DNA of 62,010 nucleotides, the filler included, from Nemertoderma westbladi (taxonomy: Eukaryota; Animalia; Xenacoelomorpha), in assembly GCA_032718475.1 (NCBI GenBank). It is 3 parts of 3 records of this genome, joined end to end, with 100 filler letters (N's around TTAATTAATTAA, not from the genome) between each part and the next. Parts side by side here need not be neighbours in the genome. Positions count along the whole stretch, not along the records: positions 1 to 17,282 come from JAUCBJ010006173.1; positions 17,383 to 44,721 come from JAUCBJ010004515.1; 1 more part is not named here. The stretch is one strand, 5' to 3'. The notes under the pieces are model-generated. The model did not search any database. It was not told the DNA's origin and saw only the letters and a list, made by a program, of their open reading frames with translations. Below are positions 11,471 to 24,157 of the stretch, piece by piece (the first letter of the stretch is position 1; each line of letters begins with the position of its first letter). The translations under genes were made by a program, and so were the position numbers.

Positions 11471-13314
11471 CTCATCATCTTACAAATTAAAACACTTGAA
11501 TTGATTCGTGGGAATTCATAAAAGTTGAAATAATTTTCTGCTTTGATTACTATTCCAATATACATACTGTACTCCGCAGCGGTTTGACTCAAGGCATGTT
11601 ATAATACCCCGTGTAAGCCGCAAAATCGTTTCATATATTTGAAGCCTCATTTTTCCCCACCTAATTTGTCATCCGTAACTATGTTTAAAAGAATTATATA
11701 TCCCCCATGTTGATGTTGAATATAATTACATACTGTGGTTAATGAATTATTCTTCTTGAAAATTTAATTCAGTTAAATAATTCATTTAATTCGGTCATTT
11801 AGCTGTCTTGGTGCACTTGGATTGTATTCATACGACCAGAATGCTATTGGAAACATGCAGCACCCCACCGTCAGTGTAAGAAGAAACTAAACCATATCAG
11901 GATTAATCTCGGAAACATTGGATGGTGCACAAAAACTGTTCAGCAGAGCAGTCTATAACAGGCAGGAGTCAGCGGATGAATACAAAACAAAGACCACAAA
12001 TTCCCTAACACTCAGACGTCAGTCAGACCTGTACAAAACAAAGAAGAGGTCGATACTGGTGAGTACAAACAAAGACCCAAGACTTAACTGCCCGTTCTGC
12101 AGTGATGTACAAAACAAAGAGCTAAAGTCGCGTTAGGCCCCAAAGAGCGTTACGTCCCATTGCCATTTATAGGCAGGTTAGTAAAGTTGGGGGAACCAAA
12201 ACAATAAACGAAAGTTAACACATGTGTTTTGTACAGGTCCTGAGTCTGGTCTTTGTTCTATATTCACCCAACAGGCAGCATCTAATGCTGGTCTATGCGG
12301 AAGGGGAAGGCTGTCGACAGTACATTTCCCGAATTTCGACCTCAACCAAAAGTATCAACCTGAATCTAAGCGACGAGACTCCACAAACCTTGCGAGCCTT
12401 GATATTTGCGTGTGTCCTTTTGTGTGTCCTACCTGCTCGGTCTTAGAGGGATTCCAGCCACAGATCAATGAAAGCTCATAGGGCCTTCTATGTGTTTGGT
12501 ATGTACATGGGTTCATACCAGTAACCTATTCTTTAGTTATAAACTATTCGAAATTATCCATTCGGAATATAGTAGTTTTTCAAAAACAAACAGACATTCA
12601 AATCAGGAACCACCATTTTGATAATCGACGTTGTATAAATAGTTACAATGGATCAAACGCATTCGATTTTGTTGACAAATTCTTGTGTAACATCATTAAT
12701 AATGGAATGAATGGATATGGAATCCCCTGCTTAGGGTTGAGCTAAAAACAAAAGCTAAAATAGGCGTATAAGCTTATCTGATTGGCTTGAACTATATTGT
12801 TTGGAATAGGTATCATCGATTTGTAACCAATCACGCATCTTTATTCTACCTGCCCATAAACTTGAAAAATACATATATAATTGACTTTAATTATTATTAT
12901 TTCATAGTTAACTTTTTCAAACCGAATTATTGTTAGGAAGTTAGAGACAACAATATACTTTAGACATTCTTAAATGTTTAATTTGCTCACCATATTTATG
13001 TTAGATCCTATGTACATAACGTTTCCGAAATCTCTAAACTACACCCCCAAAATCCGCGTGGTATCTTTTTTGTAACTTAAAGCCTGATAAAATAAATCAA
13101 ATACCTTAACTTTAATAAATAAGTTAACGTAAAATATAACGTAGAGTTTATTTGTGGCAGCATCCACCAAGTGGAGGAGGCCTTGGCGATGATGCGCCCA
13201 GCAAGGGGAAGACAATGAGTCTTTATTTTGTAGAGTTCTTTGAAGTTACTTAGAGTTAAGAATTCACCAATGCTAGTTATTACCGATGGGGCTATTTCAT
13301 GTTAAAGATTTTAA

Positions 13315-14455
13315 CCCTATTTGGCCCGGGGGGGGGGGGGGGGGTCATTTTATAATTTTTCTAATTCATCTTTGAGTCAGAATTGTTGGGGAAACCGATA
13401 TTTCGTGACCTTTTCTAAAATTTAATGGGCTATCCAACACAGCAAACGCCCTTTATATGGCTATGTTAGTTTTCGTGCTGTGGTGCCTTCCTGGCACCCA
13501 TATTTTGTGCAAAATTTTCAAAAGTTTTTATGGATTACTAAAATTATTTTATTTGCAGTAGGCCTATAGTGGTTTTTTGGATGCAGTTCACGATTATAAA
13601 ACTAAATATCAATTAAACTTACGACAAAATTTTTGGTAATTTACATGTGCCTTCTGCTCTGGGAAAAAAACAAGTTGAGGAAGTATGATAATGAAAAATC
13701 ACCACGAAATAAAATTGATTTTATGACCATATGGGTTTTTGGGATGCTGATTACGAATATGACACTGAAATATATCGTACTGTACTTGTTGATTACGGCA
13801 TTTTTGAATACGTGTCAATGTGCGGCACGAAAATTACTGATTTACTACATTACTGATTTAATGCCATTACGGGTTTTCTGGGATGCTGACCACGAATAAG
13901 GCACTCAAAAATTTCGTATTATCCAACCAAATTCGATTTTTGCCGTTTGAAATTTTATGCTACTTGTTTTTTTCGTCTCACCAGACAATAAGCACCAAAA
14001 ATGATAGTTGCGTTACTACGAATGATTTTTAACGAGTTGTATCGTGATCAGCCACCTTGAAAACCACTATAGCTTCAGAATTACCAAACCGAAGGCAAAA
14101 TATAAAAGTTTGAAATTTCTGCAACTTTTACTTTTCGTTTTGGGGCACCGTCTCCAAAAATGATGTTGGCATTACCAGAGAACTATTCTTAACTACTTTC
14201 ATCGTGATCAGCGACCTCGAAAACCCGATCAAACCGAACACAAAACATTTTAGTTTGACATTTTTACTTGTACTTTTCTTCCTGGGGGACCATTTTATTA
14301 GCACGAAAATGATGGTTGCAATTCCAGAAAATATATAGAAAAAGTATTATCGTGATCAGTGACCTCGAAAACCCTTATATCATCAAAATTTTAATTTTTG
14401 AGCCAAGATCTAAACATTCTAAAGTGACACCCCCCCCCCCCCCCCCCCGGGCCAA
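13315..14455. mobile_element. piggyBac-like MITE (left end intact, right end uncertain)
   Basis: Starts TTAA|CCCTATTTGGCCCGGG(G)n. Inverted (C)nGGGCCAA at about 14445. Internal degenerate ATCGTGATCAG...GAAAACCC repeats. Terminus resembles the 47561-49112 element. Confidence 0.55.
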
Positions 14456-15639
14456 TTCCACGAAGCTAAAGAAAATCAACTACTTTCGCTGAGATTTTCC
14501 TTAACTGAGATGGTGTATTCATAGTGGGCCCCTTTCCTGATTTGAGGCAGAATGGGGGCTTTTTTATTGCAGCCAAAACTAGCCTTTAAAAGTGCCCTGA
14601 AAATTTGCATGTATATAGGCTACTACTCACCATGCGCATCGTGTAGGATAGGTCACATGTCTGGGAAAAATCTTCGGACTTCCGGAAAAAATCCAATGTA
14701 TTTGAAGTCTATATTAATAACTCTATTTGTAGCAACCACATTAGATATAAACTTGGGGTTTTTCAACGCAACTATAAGGGCCATAGCCGAGCCGATTTTG
14801 AGGTTAATTAGACAATCCAGTTACCATGGCAACCAGGCTAAACATATTTTTCGTAATGTCTCAAAATCTCAAATTTTTAAAATGATAATTTGAAGCTTAA
14901 GGTTGAGGTACTACGACTTGGGACCAAGCCCGACCCACACTAGATGACCACGTTGGAGGAGACTTACGTAGACAGGACCTTGGAGAATAGCTCTGAGTTG
15001 CCATGACGTTGGATGGCTTCAAAAGTTCAAACCATCTTATATGAATCATAGACAGTTTGACCAACTCCCGACGCTTGTAACTATAAAGATTGAAAGCGAA
15101 ACAATAATTCAGCCTCACCCAAGGAGGTCTTACCATCTCTGTCATAAGAGATGGTATATATATGTTGGTGACAAATTATTATAAAAAGAATCACAAATAG
15201 GTGTACCTGTTTTAGGGACAGTTATAGTCGCTCTAGGAGAATTAAAACTAGACAGTATTGACTGTAGTTCAACCATCGGCACTCTTCCAATAGCTCCCAC
15301 TATTATTAGTTATCTTTGAAATTATTCATGAATCAACCAACATCAAACGTCACAATCAACATTCCTAAATGGCTAAATGTAATAAATGTATGCAGAAACA
15401 TAACCATGGCGCAACTCGATAAGTCGCTATTGTCATTGGCCATGTCACAGTTAGGGTCCATAAACTGTAGCAAGATGACAAGTAAGCTCCTTTACTAGTT
15501 TAGCGATTTGAATGTGCCTCGCATTCAAGTAATAAATAATATAACAGGGCTGTTGTTCTGAAGTGACACAAACATGGAAGGATGACAGTGGGCCAACACT
15601 GTATACTACCTTTTCGGCCTATTGGGCCCCTTCAATTGC

Positions 15640-15930
15640 ACTTTGTCCCTTGAATCTTCGCTACTATTTCTAACAAACAGGCAAAATATAACATCGACAT
15701 CATATATTTTTATATAGATACAAGAACATCGGATTTGTCAGGAAGACACTATCATCAAGTAGTGACATTGGAAATGGATGGACGATTGTAACAAGCCTAA
15801 GCATCAAGCATATCAAGTGTTACACCTAGAACACCAGTTTGAATAGAAACGGGCGCTTAATCTTGGACCTAATGGAAGAATGTGAATTGAAACCAACATA
15901 CACCACATTCGAAAAGACCCAAACGGAACC
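15640..15930 (+). mobile_element. RTE LINE AP-endonuclease relic (frameshifted)
   Basis: Frame fragments AKYNIDII, IQEHRI, SDIGNGWTIVTS and NRNGRLILDLMEECELKPTYTTFEK match the RTE endonuclease pattern. Confidence 0.7.
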
Positions 15931-16059
15931 AAAGGGCCGCTAGAGTAACTTTTAAAGTGTTTTGGTTAAAATATAACGTGAAAATATGAGGTGAAAAATT
16001 CCACGTCATTTTTACGTTCAGATTAAAATGTTGTGAAATCGCGGTAACTTCACGTCAAT

Positions 16060-16510
16060 CATCAATTAGATCATCCGCATCTTCAAGGCCGGTGTCCGTT
16101 ACTGGACCTCTCAAGAAAGTCATGGGCTATTCATCATGCTTATTCACTCCACGAGGCCGCCAAAGCACAAGATTATGCACTGAGCACTGGCTGATCCACA
16201 CGGCGAATTCAATGTGTCCTGCAAAGCGGATGAAACACCTCCAATAGAGTCTGATTGGAAATGTGTACATTGCACATACATTGTACACAAACTTACTGCT
16301 CCCCTAAATAATCGAACCTTGAAATTTCGTTTTATTCTATGGGACTCCCAAATCCTGGATAGGCTATTCAATGCTGCCCATGCCTTCCCCTTATGTAAGC
16401 AAAGGTCTTCAGCTGACTTTCGGATCAATGATCCCAAGTACTGTAGCAGAAGTCATCCACATGCTCAAACAAGCCATCCATCCCTCCTGGAGCTTATGCT
16501 AGCAGACATT
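16060..16510 (-). mobile_element. RTE LINE 3' fragment
   Basis: GSLIRKSAEDLCLHKGKAWAALNSLSRIWESHRIKRNFKVRLFRGAV. Homologous to the 26700-27220 copy. Confidence 0.8.
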
Positions 16511-16864
16511 TCTTGAGGGCAGTCAAGGTTGCAATGGCTTATCACAATATTTCCCCTCACAGGCTGGCTTCCACAGAACAAGATCATGCACAGACTGATC
16601 GTTAGTTATGCTATAGTTAGTTAGGTAACATTGGCCGGCATGCTGGGTTTTTGCAATTCCCCGTCATTACCTGACCATTATATATTACACCATGAACCGA
16701 GGCGCAGTATCCCGGTACTATCAAGGGATCTGGTGCCTTCTGCAGTTCGAGCCCGGTATAAACTTACCTCAGGGGAGGTTTGATCCCACGCGATTTCAAT
16801 CCTCTTGACAGAATATTAAATACTCACCATGCTCTGTTCTCCGTGATCTGTTCAGAATCTCTAT

Positions 16865-17272
16865 AGGGAGACCAAATGCTCCTCAGGTCATTAGAACAAC
16901 TACCAGTGTTGGTCTATTTATTAACTCCAAGAAGACCATTATTTTGACAGTCATCCGGAAATGTTGGAACGTATGAGCATAACCTCTAAGGATGGTGTGC
17001 TGGAGCATGTGGACTTCTGCTGCCTTACATCATGGGTCCGAAGTTAGGTGAAGACCTTCGAATACCTAAGGGGTAGGCATGGGCAGCATTGAATAATCTG
17101 TCAAGGATTTGGAAGTCCCATATAATAAAACGGAATCTCAAGGTTTCGATTATTTTGAGCAGCAGTAGTTCCAGTACTCCTCTATGGGAGTCCATACTGG
17201 GCTCCAATTACTGAGGACACCAAGTCTCTGGATGGCACATTCACAAAAATGCTACGTCGAGTTCACTGTGTA
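16865..17272 (+). mobile_element. RTE LINE RT fragment, truncated by assembly gap
   Basis: Nucleotide homology to 26545-26970 (...GGCATGGGCAGCATTGAAT...CAGTACTCCTCTATGGGAGTCCA...GGATGGCACATTCACAA). Confidence 0.8.
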
Positions 17273-17282
17273 AACGAAAGCT

Positions 17283-17382
17283 NNNNNNNNNNNNNNNNNN
17301 NNNNNNNNNNNNNNNNNNNNNNNNNNTTAATTAATTAANNNNNNNNNNNNNNNNNNNNNNNNNNNNNNNNNNNNNNNNNNNN
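17283..17382. other. Assembly gap with synthetic TTAATTAATTAA linker
   Basis: 100-nt block of N44-TTAATTAATTAA-N44. Same design as 44722-44821. Confidence 0.98.
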
Positions 17383-17596
17383 TGACTTCGGCTAATGTTT
17401 TGCGTATTAGCATAAATTATTGTCGTATGCTAAAGTGGTTTTAATTAACTAAAAGACATATAAATTTTGGCAGGTTAAACTGCTAAAGGTCTTCGAAAGC
17501 GCGAACAAAAACGGAAGTTATCAAATCTTACCCAAAAAGAAGCAGAGCAACTAGAAGATTGGACAATAAATCAGAGATACAGAGAGATATTAAGTG

Positions 17597-17985
17597 CCTG
17601 AGTTGTCGGAGTTTAAAGGAGTGGGTGGGGCATGGTTGTCGGAGTTTAAAGGAGTGGGTGATGCAGGGATGTCTGAGTTTAAAGGAGTGGGTGGGGCAGG
17701 GTTGTCGGAGGTTGAAGGAGTGGGTGGGGCAGGGTCGTCGGAGTTTCAAGGAGTGGGTGGGGCAGGGTCGTCGGAGTTTAAAGGAGTGGGTGGGGCAGGG
17801 TCGTTGGAGTTTAACGGAGTGGGTGGGGCAGGGTTGTCGGAGTTTAAAGGAGTGGGTGGGGCAGAGTCGTTGGAGTTTAAAGGAGTGAGTAGGGCTGGGT
17901 CGTTGGAGTTTAAAGGAGTGAGTAGGGCTGGGTAGTTGGAGTTTAAAGGAGTGGGTGGGGCAGGGTCGTCGGAGTTTAAAGGAGT
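17597..17985 (+). repeat. 33-bp G-rich minisatellite (about 12 copies)
   Basis: Unit TCGGAGTTTAAAGGAGTGGGTGGGGCAGGGT(C/T)G. Confidence 0.95.
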
Positions 17986-19078
17986 ATGATATGAGTCCGA
18001 ATTTGAGTCAGAATCAGCTTATACAAATTATAGCAAGAAAACGAAACGTAACGTTTTTAATGAATGTCCTTCATGAACCACTTTCAAATGTATATTGCAA
18101 AATGTATATCAAGTTGTTTATCAGGAAACTTTGTCATAAAATTATATATTCGATATGATTTCTTATTGTTTGTTGAAATAATAGATAGGTGAGTGGGGGG
18201 CGTCATTCTGATTTAAAACACTATTACTAAAGTATTTGATTCACAAACTGCAACATTAGACATATATATATATATTCTAATTAATTAAAATTAATCTCTA
18301 CTTGTTAGGGGACATTGAATTCCTAGTCCCATTTTGAACCATGCCATACATACATACTCCTGCTTGTGGTCAAAATGTTAAATTAGATCACAAAATATTA
18401 ATTACATTGTAGATTCCAGTCCCCACATTGAACAACTGCACCCATACTACAACGTGTGTTTGGAATGTTATATTAACTGTATGGAAAAGGGGACACTTGA
18501 AACTATCGCATTATACTGGGGTCAGTGAAATTTTCAAAACTCAAACACAAATTTACACACGTATTTGACAGGTTTGGGTGGAACAGGGGACATCGCCGAA
18601 ATGATCTGAAATTTTCAGAATCCATTAATTTTAGTACGTAGATTCCATTTCTGATATCTTTTCATTCCGGGGACGTCCCCGGATTGTAGATCGTCCCCGG
18701 TTTGTGGCTGTGTATTCATGCAATTGTCCCCTGTTTGAACCGGTTCACCTACACATACATACATACACATAGATAGATAGTGAATACTTTAACAGTAAGA
18801 AGTCCTGACGAACTTCTAATAATAATATAGTAAACTTATTGAAAGGTCAATAATTATGCGCCGCCTTCTGTTCTTTAACTCTTAAAGAACATAATAAAGG
18901 TCATTTAGATGTGATATATATACATTGATGTATATACATTATTTTGAGTGTAACTTGAACGAAGAGGTGGACAGTTGAACAGTCGTCTGAAGCTAGAGAG
19001 CTTCTTCCGCAGTGCGCAAGCACCGCTAACTAGTTTAACTAGTTTTTATTTATTAATAAAATATTAACTTATTTTCAG

Positions 19079-19757
19079 ACATAAAGACTAGAAGAAAATT
19101 GAAGCGAAGAGATTTTTTATTAAATAAAACAAATAAACATGTCAAGAGCAAAAGCCGTTCGTGTTTATCGAAACGATCAAAGCTGAAACAATCGAAACAA
19201 TATAACTGCCTGGAACTGGAAACCTGCGCCGATCGTGGTAATTGTTTGGAACTTGGAACATGTTTGGAACTAGGGACATGTTTGGAACTAGGAACTCCAG
19301 TGCAACAACACAAAACTACCAGTGTCGATACCGGTAGCGGTAACCATAATGTCGATGAATGTTTATTTGAAAGCTCAGAGGAATTGGATGGTGATGACGA
19401 AGTTGGTTCCCCCGGCAATGCAACAGAAGATTTTCTAGTACCGTGGAACAATTGTCTTGAACCTTTCAGCCATGAGATCGAGGTTAACACTACATCAGAT
19501 GAGATCGAACTACCTACCGAAATATCGGCCGAACTACCTACCGAGATCTCTGCAGAACTATCGGCTGAACTATGTACAAACCCTAACCAAACCAATTTGT
19601 TCAATACTGACAGAGAGATGGTTAGAGTTGAGCTGTTTGCAGCAGCAGATAACCTCAGGAGAATTTGTCAATCTGATAGCAAATTTAAATTTATTTCGAC
19701 TGACCAGGCGAGATATTGGTGGGATGCAGTTCGATATATTGGGATTGGCGAGATGCA
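19079..19757 (+). CDS. Putative internal exon of an unknown (possibly transposon) protein
   Basis: Stop-free frame of about 226 codons bounded by TTATTTTCAG| (19078) and |GTAAGG (19758). Basic N-terminus, CLELGT and ELPTEISA repeats, acidic linker, then a globular-looking end (ARYWWDAVRYIGIGEMQ). No ATG start. Confidence 0.4.
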
Positions 19758-19769
19758 GTAAGGTTACAG

Positions 19770-21838
19770 TAAGATACAGTAAGATTGGTTGGATACAGTA
19801 TGGTTGGTAGGATACAGTATGATTGGTAGGATACAGTAAGATTGGTTGGATACAGTAAGATTGGTTGGATATAAGATTGGTTGGATACAGTAAGATTGGT
19901 TGGATACAGTAAGATTGGTTGGATATAAGTTTGGTTGGATACAGTAAGATTGGTTGGATATAAGATTGGTTGGATACAGTAAGATTGGTTGGATACAATA
20001 TTGGTTGGGTATAAGATTGGTTGGATATAAGATTGGTTGGATATAAGATTGGTTGGATATAAGATTGGTTGGATACAGTAAGATTGGTTGGATATAAGAT
20101 TGGTTGGATATAAGATTGGTTGGATACAGTAAGATTGGTTGGATACAGTAAGATTGGTTGGATACAGTAATATTGGTTGGATACAGTAAGATTGGTTGGA
20201 TACAGTAAGATTGGTTGGATACTGTAAGATTGGTTGGATATAAGATTGGTTGGATATAAGATTGGTTGGATATAAGATTGGTTGGATACAGTAAGATTGG
20301 TTGGATACAGTAAGATTGGTTGGATACAGTAAGATTGGTTGGGTATAAGATTGGTTGGGTATAAGATTGGTTGGATATAAGATTGGTTGGATATAAGATT
20401 GGTTGGATATAAGATTGGTTGGATATAAGATTGGTTGGATACAGTAAGATTGGTTGGATACAGTAAGATTGGTTGGATACAGTAAGATTGGTTGGATATA
20501 AGATTGGTTGGATATAAGATTGGTTGGATACAGTAAGATTGGTTGGATACAGTAAGATTGGTTGGATACAGTAAGATTGGTTGGATATAAGATTGGTTGG
20601 ATATAAGATTGGTTGGATATAAGATTGGTTGGATACTGTAAGATTGGTTGGATATAAGATTGGTTGGATACAGTAAGATTGGTTGGATACAGTAAGATTG
20701 GTTGGATACAGTAAGATTGGTTGGATATAAGATTGGTTGGATATAAGATTGGTTGGATACAGTAAGATTGGTTGGATACAGTAAGATTGGTTGGATACAG
20801 TAAGATTGGTTGGATATAAGATTGGTTGGATATAAGATTGGTTGGATACAGTATGATTGGTTGGATACAGTAAGATTGGTTGGATACAGTAAGATTAGTT
20901 GGATACAGTAAGATTGGTTGGATACAGTAAGATTGGTTGGATACAGTAAGATTGGTTGGATACAGTAAGATTGGTTGGATACTGTAAGATTGGTTGGATA
21001 TAAGATTGGTTGGATATAAGATTGGTTGGATACAGTAAGATTGGTTGGATACAGTAAGATTGGTTGGATACAATATTGGTTGGGTATAAGATTGGTTGGA
21101 TATAAGATTGGTTGGATACAGTAAGATTGGTTGGATATAAGATTGGTTGGATACAGTAAGATTGGTTGGATACAGTAAGATTGGTTGGATACAGTAAGAT
21201 TGGTTGGATACAGTAAGATTGGTTGGATACAGTAAGATTGGTTGGATACAGTAAGATTGGTTGGATACAGTAAGATTGGTTGGATATAAGATTGGTTGGA
21301 TATAAGATTGGTTGGATATAAGATTGGTTGGATACAGTAAGATTGGTTGGATATAAGATTGGTTGGATACTGTAAGATTGGTTGGATACTGTAAGATTGG
21401 TTGGATATAAGATTGGTTTGATATAAGATTGGTTTGATATAAGATTGGTTGGATATAAGATTGGTTTGATATAAGATTGGTTGGATACAGTAAGATTGGT
21501 TGGATACAGTAAGATTGGTTGGATATAAGATTGGTTGGATATAAGATTGGTTGGATACTGTAAGATTGGTTGGATATAAGATTGGTTGGATATAAGATTG
21601 GTTTGATATAAGATTGGTTTGATATGAGATTGGTTGGATATAAGATTGGTTGGATATAAGATTGGTTGGATACTGTAAGATTGGTTGGATATAAGATTGG
21701 TTGGATACAGTAAGATTGGTTGGATACAGTAAGATTGGTTGGATACAGTAAGATTGGTTGGATATAAGATTGGTTGGATATAAGATTGGTTGGATATAAG
21801 ATTGGTTGGATACTGTAAGATTGGTTGGATATAAGATT
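19770..21838 (+). repeat. Binary 16/19-bp minisatellite (roughly 115-120 units)
   Basis: Interspersed GATTGGTTGGATATAA (16 bp) and GATTGGTTGGATACAGTAA (19 bp) units. The minus strand has no stop in any frame, giving spurious 765-aa and 460-aa ORFs. Confidence 0.97.
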
Positions 21839-22584
21839 GATTTAATGTCTACATAGTAACAATGCAATGTATATTATAAGCTAATAATATCAGTATTGAA
21901 TTTTTGTGTGAAAATTTTTTTGATAATATTTGAATTAAAAATTCACGTGATTTTATCTTTAGACTCTGACAATACGTAGTCCTCCTAAATACGGAGCACA
22001 CAGTAGAATAGCTTACTTCTGGATGGTCATTCGGTACTTTACCAGCTAGCTGGCGGAGTGGTCGCGTTTCCGGATAGGGGGGAAACTGGACGCAATAAAA
22101 ATTCATCCCTCTCCTGGGGAAATTCGACGCAAATAATAGCTGATTATTTTCAAAAATAAAACCGTACCGGGTAACCTGTTCTATTGTGTTTAGTTTATTG
22201 TTTTGGTTAAAATAACGTGCCACTATACCCTGCACCTTTACCTAAATTGAGAATTTAACTTTGAGGGGGGATATTAATTCGCAAAGGCGGGTTTTGCGTC
22301 GAGTTTCCTCCGCGTTTCGGGTCGCTATTTCAGTTTTAACCAAGGTGTCCTAAGGTCTTATAGCGAGAATTGGCCTCAAATTATTGGAGGCTGAAACGTT
22401 CCAATAAAGTTGGAGGGGAATCAAACACTTTGAAGGACATTACTGAAATTACCCGTAATGGGGATTTGGAAATCGGTACCTTTGACGGAATTCAGACAAA
22501 AATAGGGAAAAAAATAGGGAAGGACACCACCTAGATAAAATGTTAATTATGTCAGTTTGACGGAATCTGAACTATAGGTATCAT

Positions 22585-23755
22585 TCGTTGGTACAGTGGA
22601 AATCTGGCCATGCAAGGATTCCAAATATGGGTCAATGCCAACCATATTGGTTAAACATTATACTTATAGTGATTTGTTTGTACTGATGGAAATCTGGCCA
22701 TGCAAGGATTCCAAATAAATGGGTGAATGCCAACCATATTGGTTAAACATTATACTTATAGTGATTTGTTTGTACTGATGGAAAGCTGGTCATGCAAGGA
22801 TTCCAAATATGGGTCAATGCCAACCATATTGGTTAAACCTTATACTTATAGTGATTTGTTTGTACTGATGGAAAGCTGGCCATGCAAGGATTCCAAATAT
22901 GGGTCAATGCCAACCATATTGGTTAAACATTATACTTATAGTGATTTGTTTGTACTGATGGAAATCTGGCCATGCAAGGATTCCAAATAAATGGGTCAAT
23001 GCCAACCATATTGGTTAAACATTATACTTATAGTGATTTGTTTGTACTGATGGAAATCTGGCCATGCAAGGATTCCAAATAAATGGGTCAATGCCAACCA
23101 TATTGGTTAAACATTATACTTATAGTGATTTGTTTGTACTGATGGAAAGCTGGCCATGCAAGGATTCCAAATAAATGGGTCAATGCCAACCATATTGGTT
23201 AAACATTATACTTATAGTGATTTGTTTGTACTGATGGAAAGCTGGCCATACAAGGATTCCAAATATGGGTCAATGCCAACCATATTGGTTAAACATTATA
23301 CTTATAGTGATTTGTTTGTACTGATGGAAAGCTGGTCATGCAAGGATTCCAAATATGTAACACAATCTGAATTTCGTCTTAATATAGCTGAGATATGGGC
23401 ATTCTAATGTTGAATGTATTTGCTTCCGCTGCAGGCCATTTATTCTATTTAATAAGTACACAACACAATGTTCTAGAACATTTTGCTTATGTATGAATAT
23501 CCATGTACATGTATGTAGTAAGTATAAGCATATAGGCACTGCATTGTTGCTCAGCTGCTTATGAGATAAAGAAAATGTTCCACAATTTTGTGCATTTTAT
23601 TAAATAGAATAAATGGCATGCAGCGGAAGCAAATAGGCCTACGCAACTTTCGAATGCCCAGCCCATATCTCCACTATTTTACGATGAAATTCAGATTGTG
23701 TTACATATTTGGAATCCTTGCATGACCAGCATTCTAGTGGTACCAACAAATCTCT
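22585..23755. mobile_element. Foldback MITE whose left arm is expanded into a 90/92-bp tandem array (about 8 copies)
   Basis: Tandem unit ...TGGCCATGCAAGGATTCCAAATATGGGTCAATGCCAACC... at 22600-23355. 23325-23490 is an inverted match to 23570-23750 (CATGCAAGGATTCCAAATATGTAACACAATCTGAATTTC vs GAAATTCAGATTGTGTTACATATTTGGAATCCTTGCATG). Confidence 0.8.
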
Positions 23756-23778
23756 GAGGGTGAAGAATAACTCCAGTA

Positions 23779-24157
23779 CAGAGACGTAGCGAGGGGGGGG
23801 AATGTTCCCCCGGGCGCACTCACCCAGGGGCACTGAAATGTCAAATGCCAGGGTATTCTTGTAAAAATAAGACAAATCAGTGAAAAGTCAGGGATTGTGA
23901 TAGTATATACAGGACATGTGTCATAAGAGACAAATGTAAAAATTGTCTCAAACTTGTGTGCAGTATAATATATTTGATATAGTTATACTGTATACTGTTA
24001 GTAAATTGTTTTTAAGACGTTTTTTTAAATATTATATACTATTATATAATATTTAAAAAACCGTCATAAATGAAAAGTTAAAATTATTGAAGGGGGGGGG
24101 GGGGGGGGCTAACTCAGCTTCATTCCCCCGGGCGCCAAAGGGCTCGCTACGTCTCTG
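23779..24157. mobile_element. hAT-type MITE (379 bp)
   Basis: TIRs CAGAGACGTAGCGAG / CTCGCTACGTCTCTG. Perfect 8-bp TSD CTCCAGTA at 23771-23778 and 24158-24165. Confidence 0.9.

Noticed and set aside
14897-15500. Coding-like decayed sequence
   Set aside because: No motif recognised in any frame; cannot be assigned without a homology search.
17327-17338. TTAATTAATTAA palindrome (also 44766-44777)
   Set aside because: Synthetic scaffolding linker inside N runs. Adjacency across the gaps is not guaranteed.
18800-18822. CTGACGA resembling a hammerhead core
   Set aside because: No downstream GAAA or stem III; it is the loop of a simple hairpin.
19570-21867. 765-aa and 460-aa minus-strand ORFs
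   Set aside because: The repeat unit has no stop codon in any minus-strand frame, so these are artefacts.
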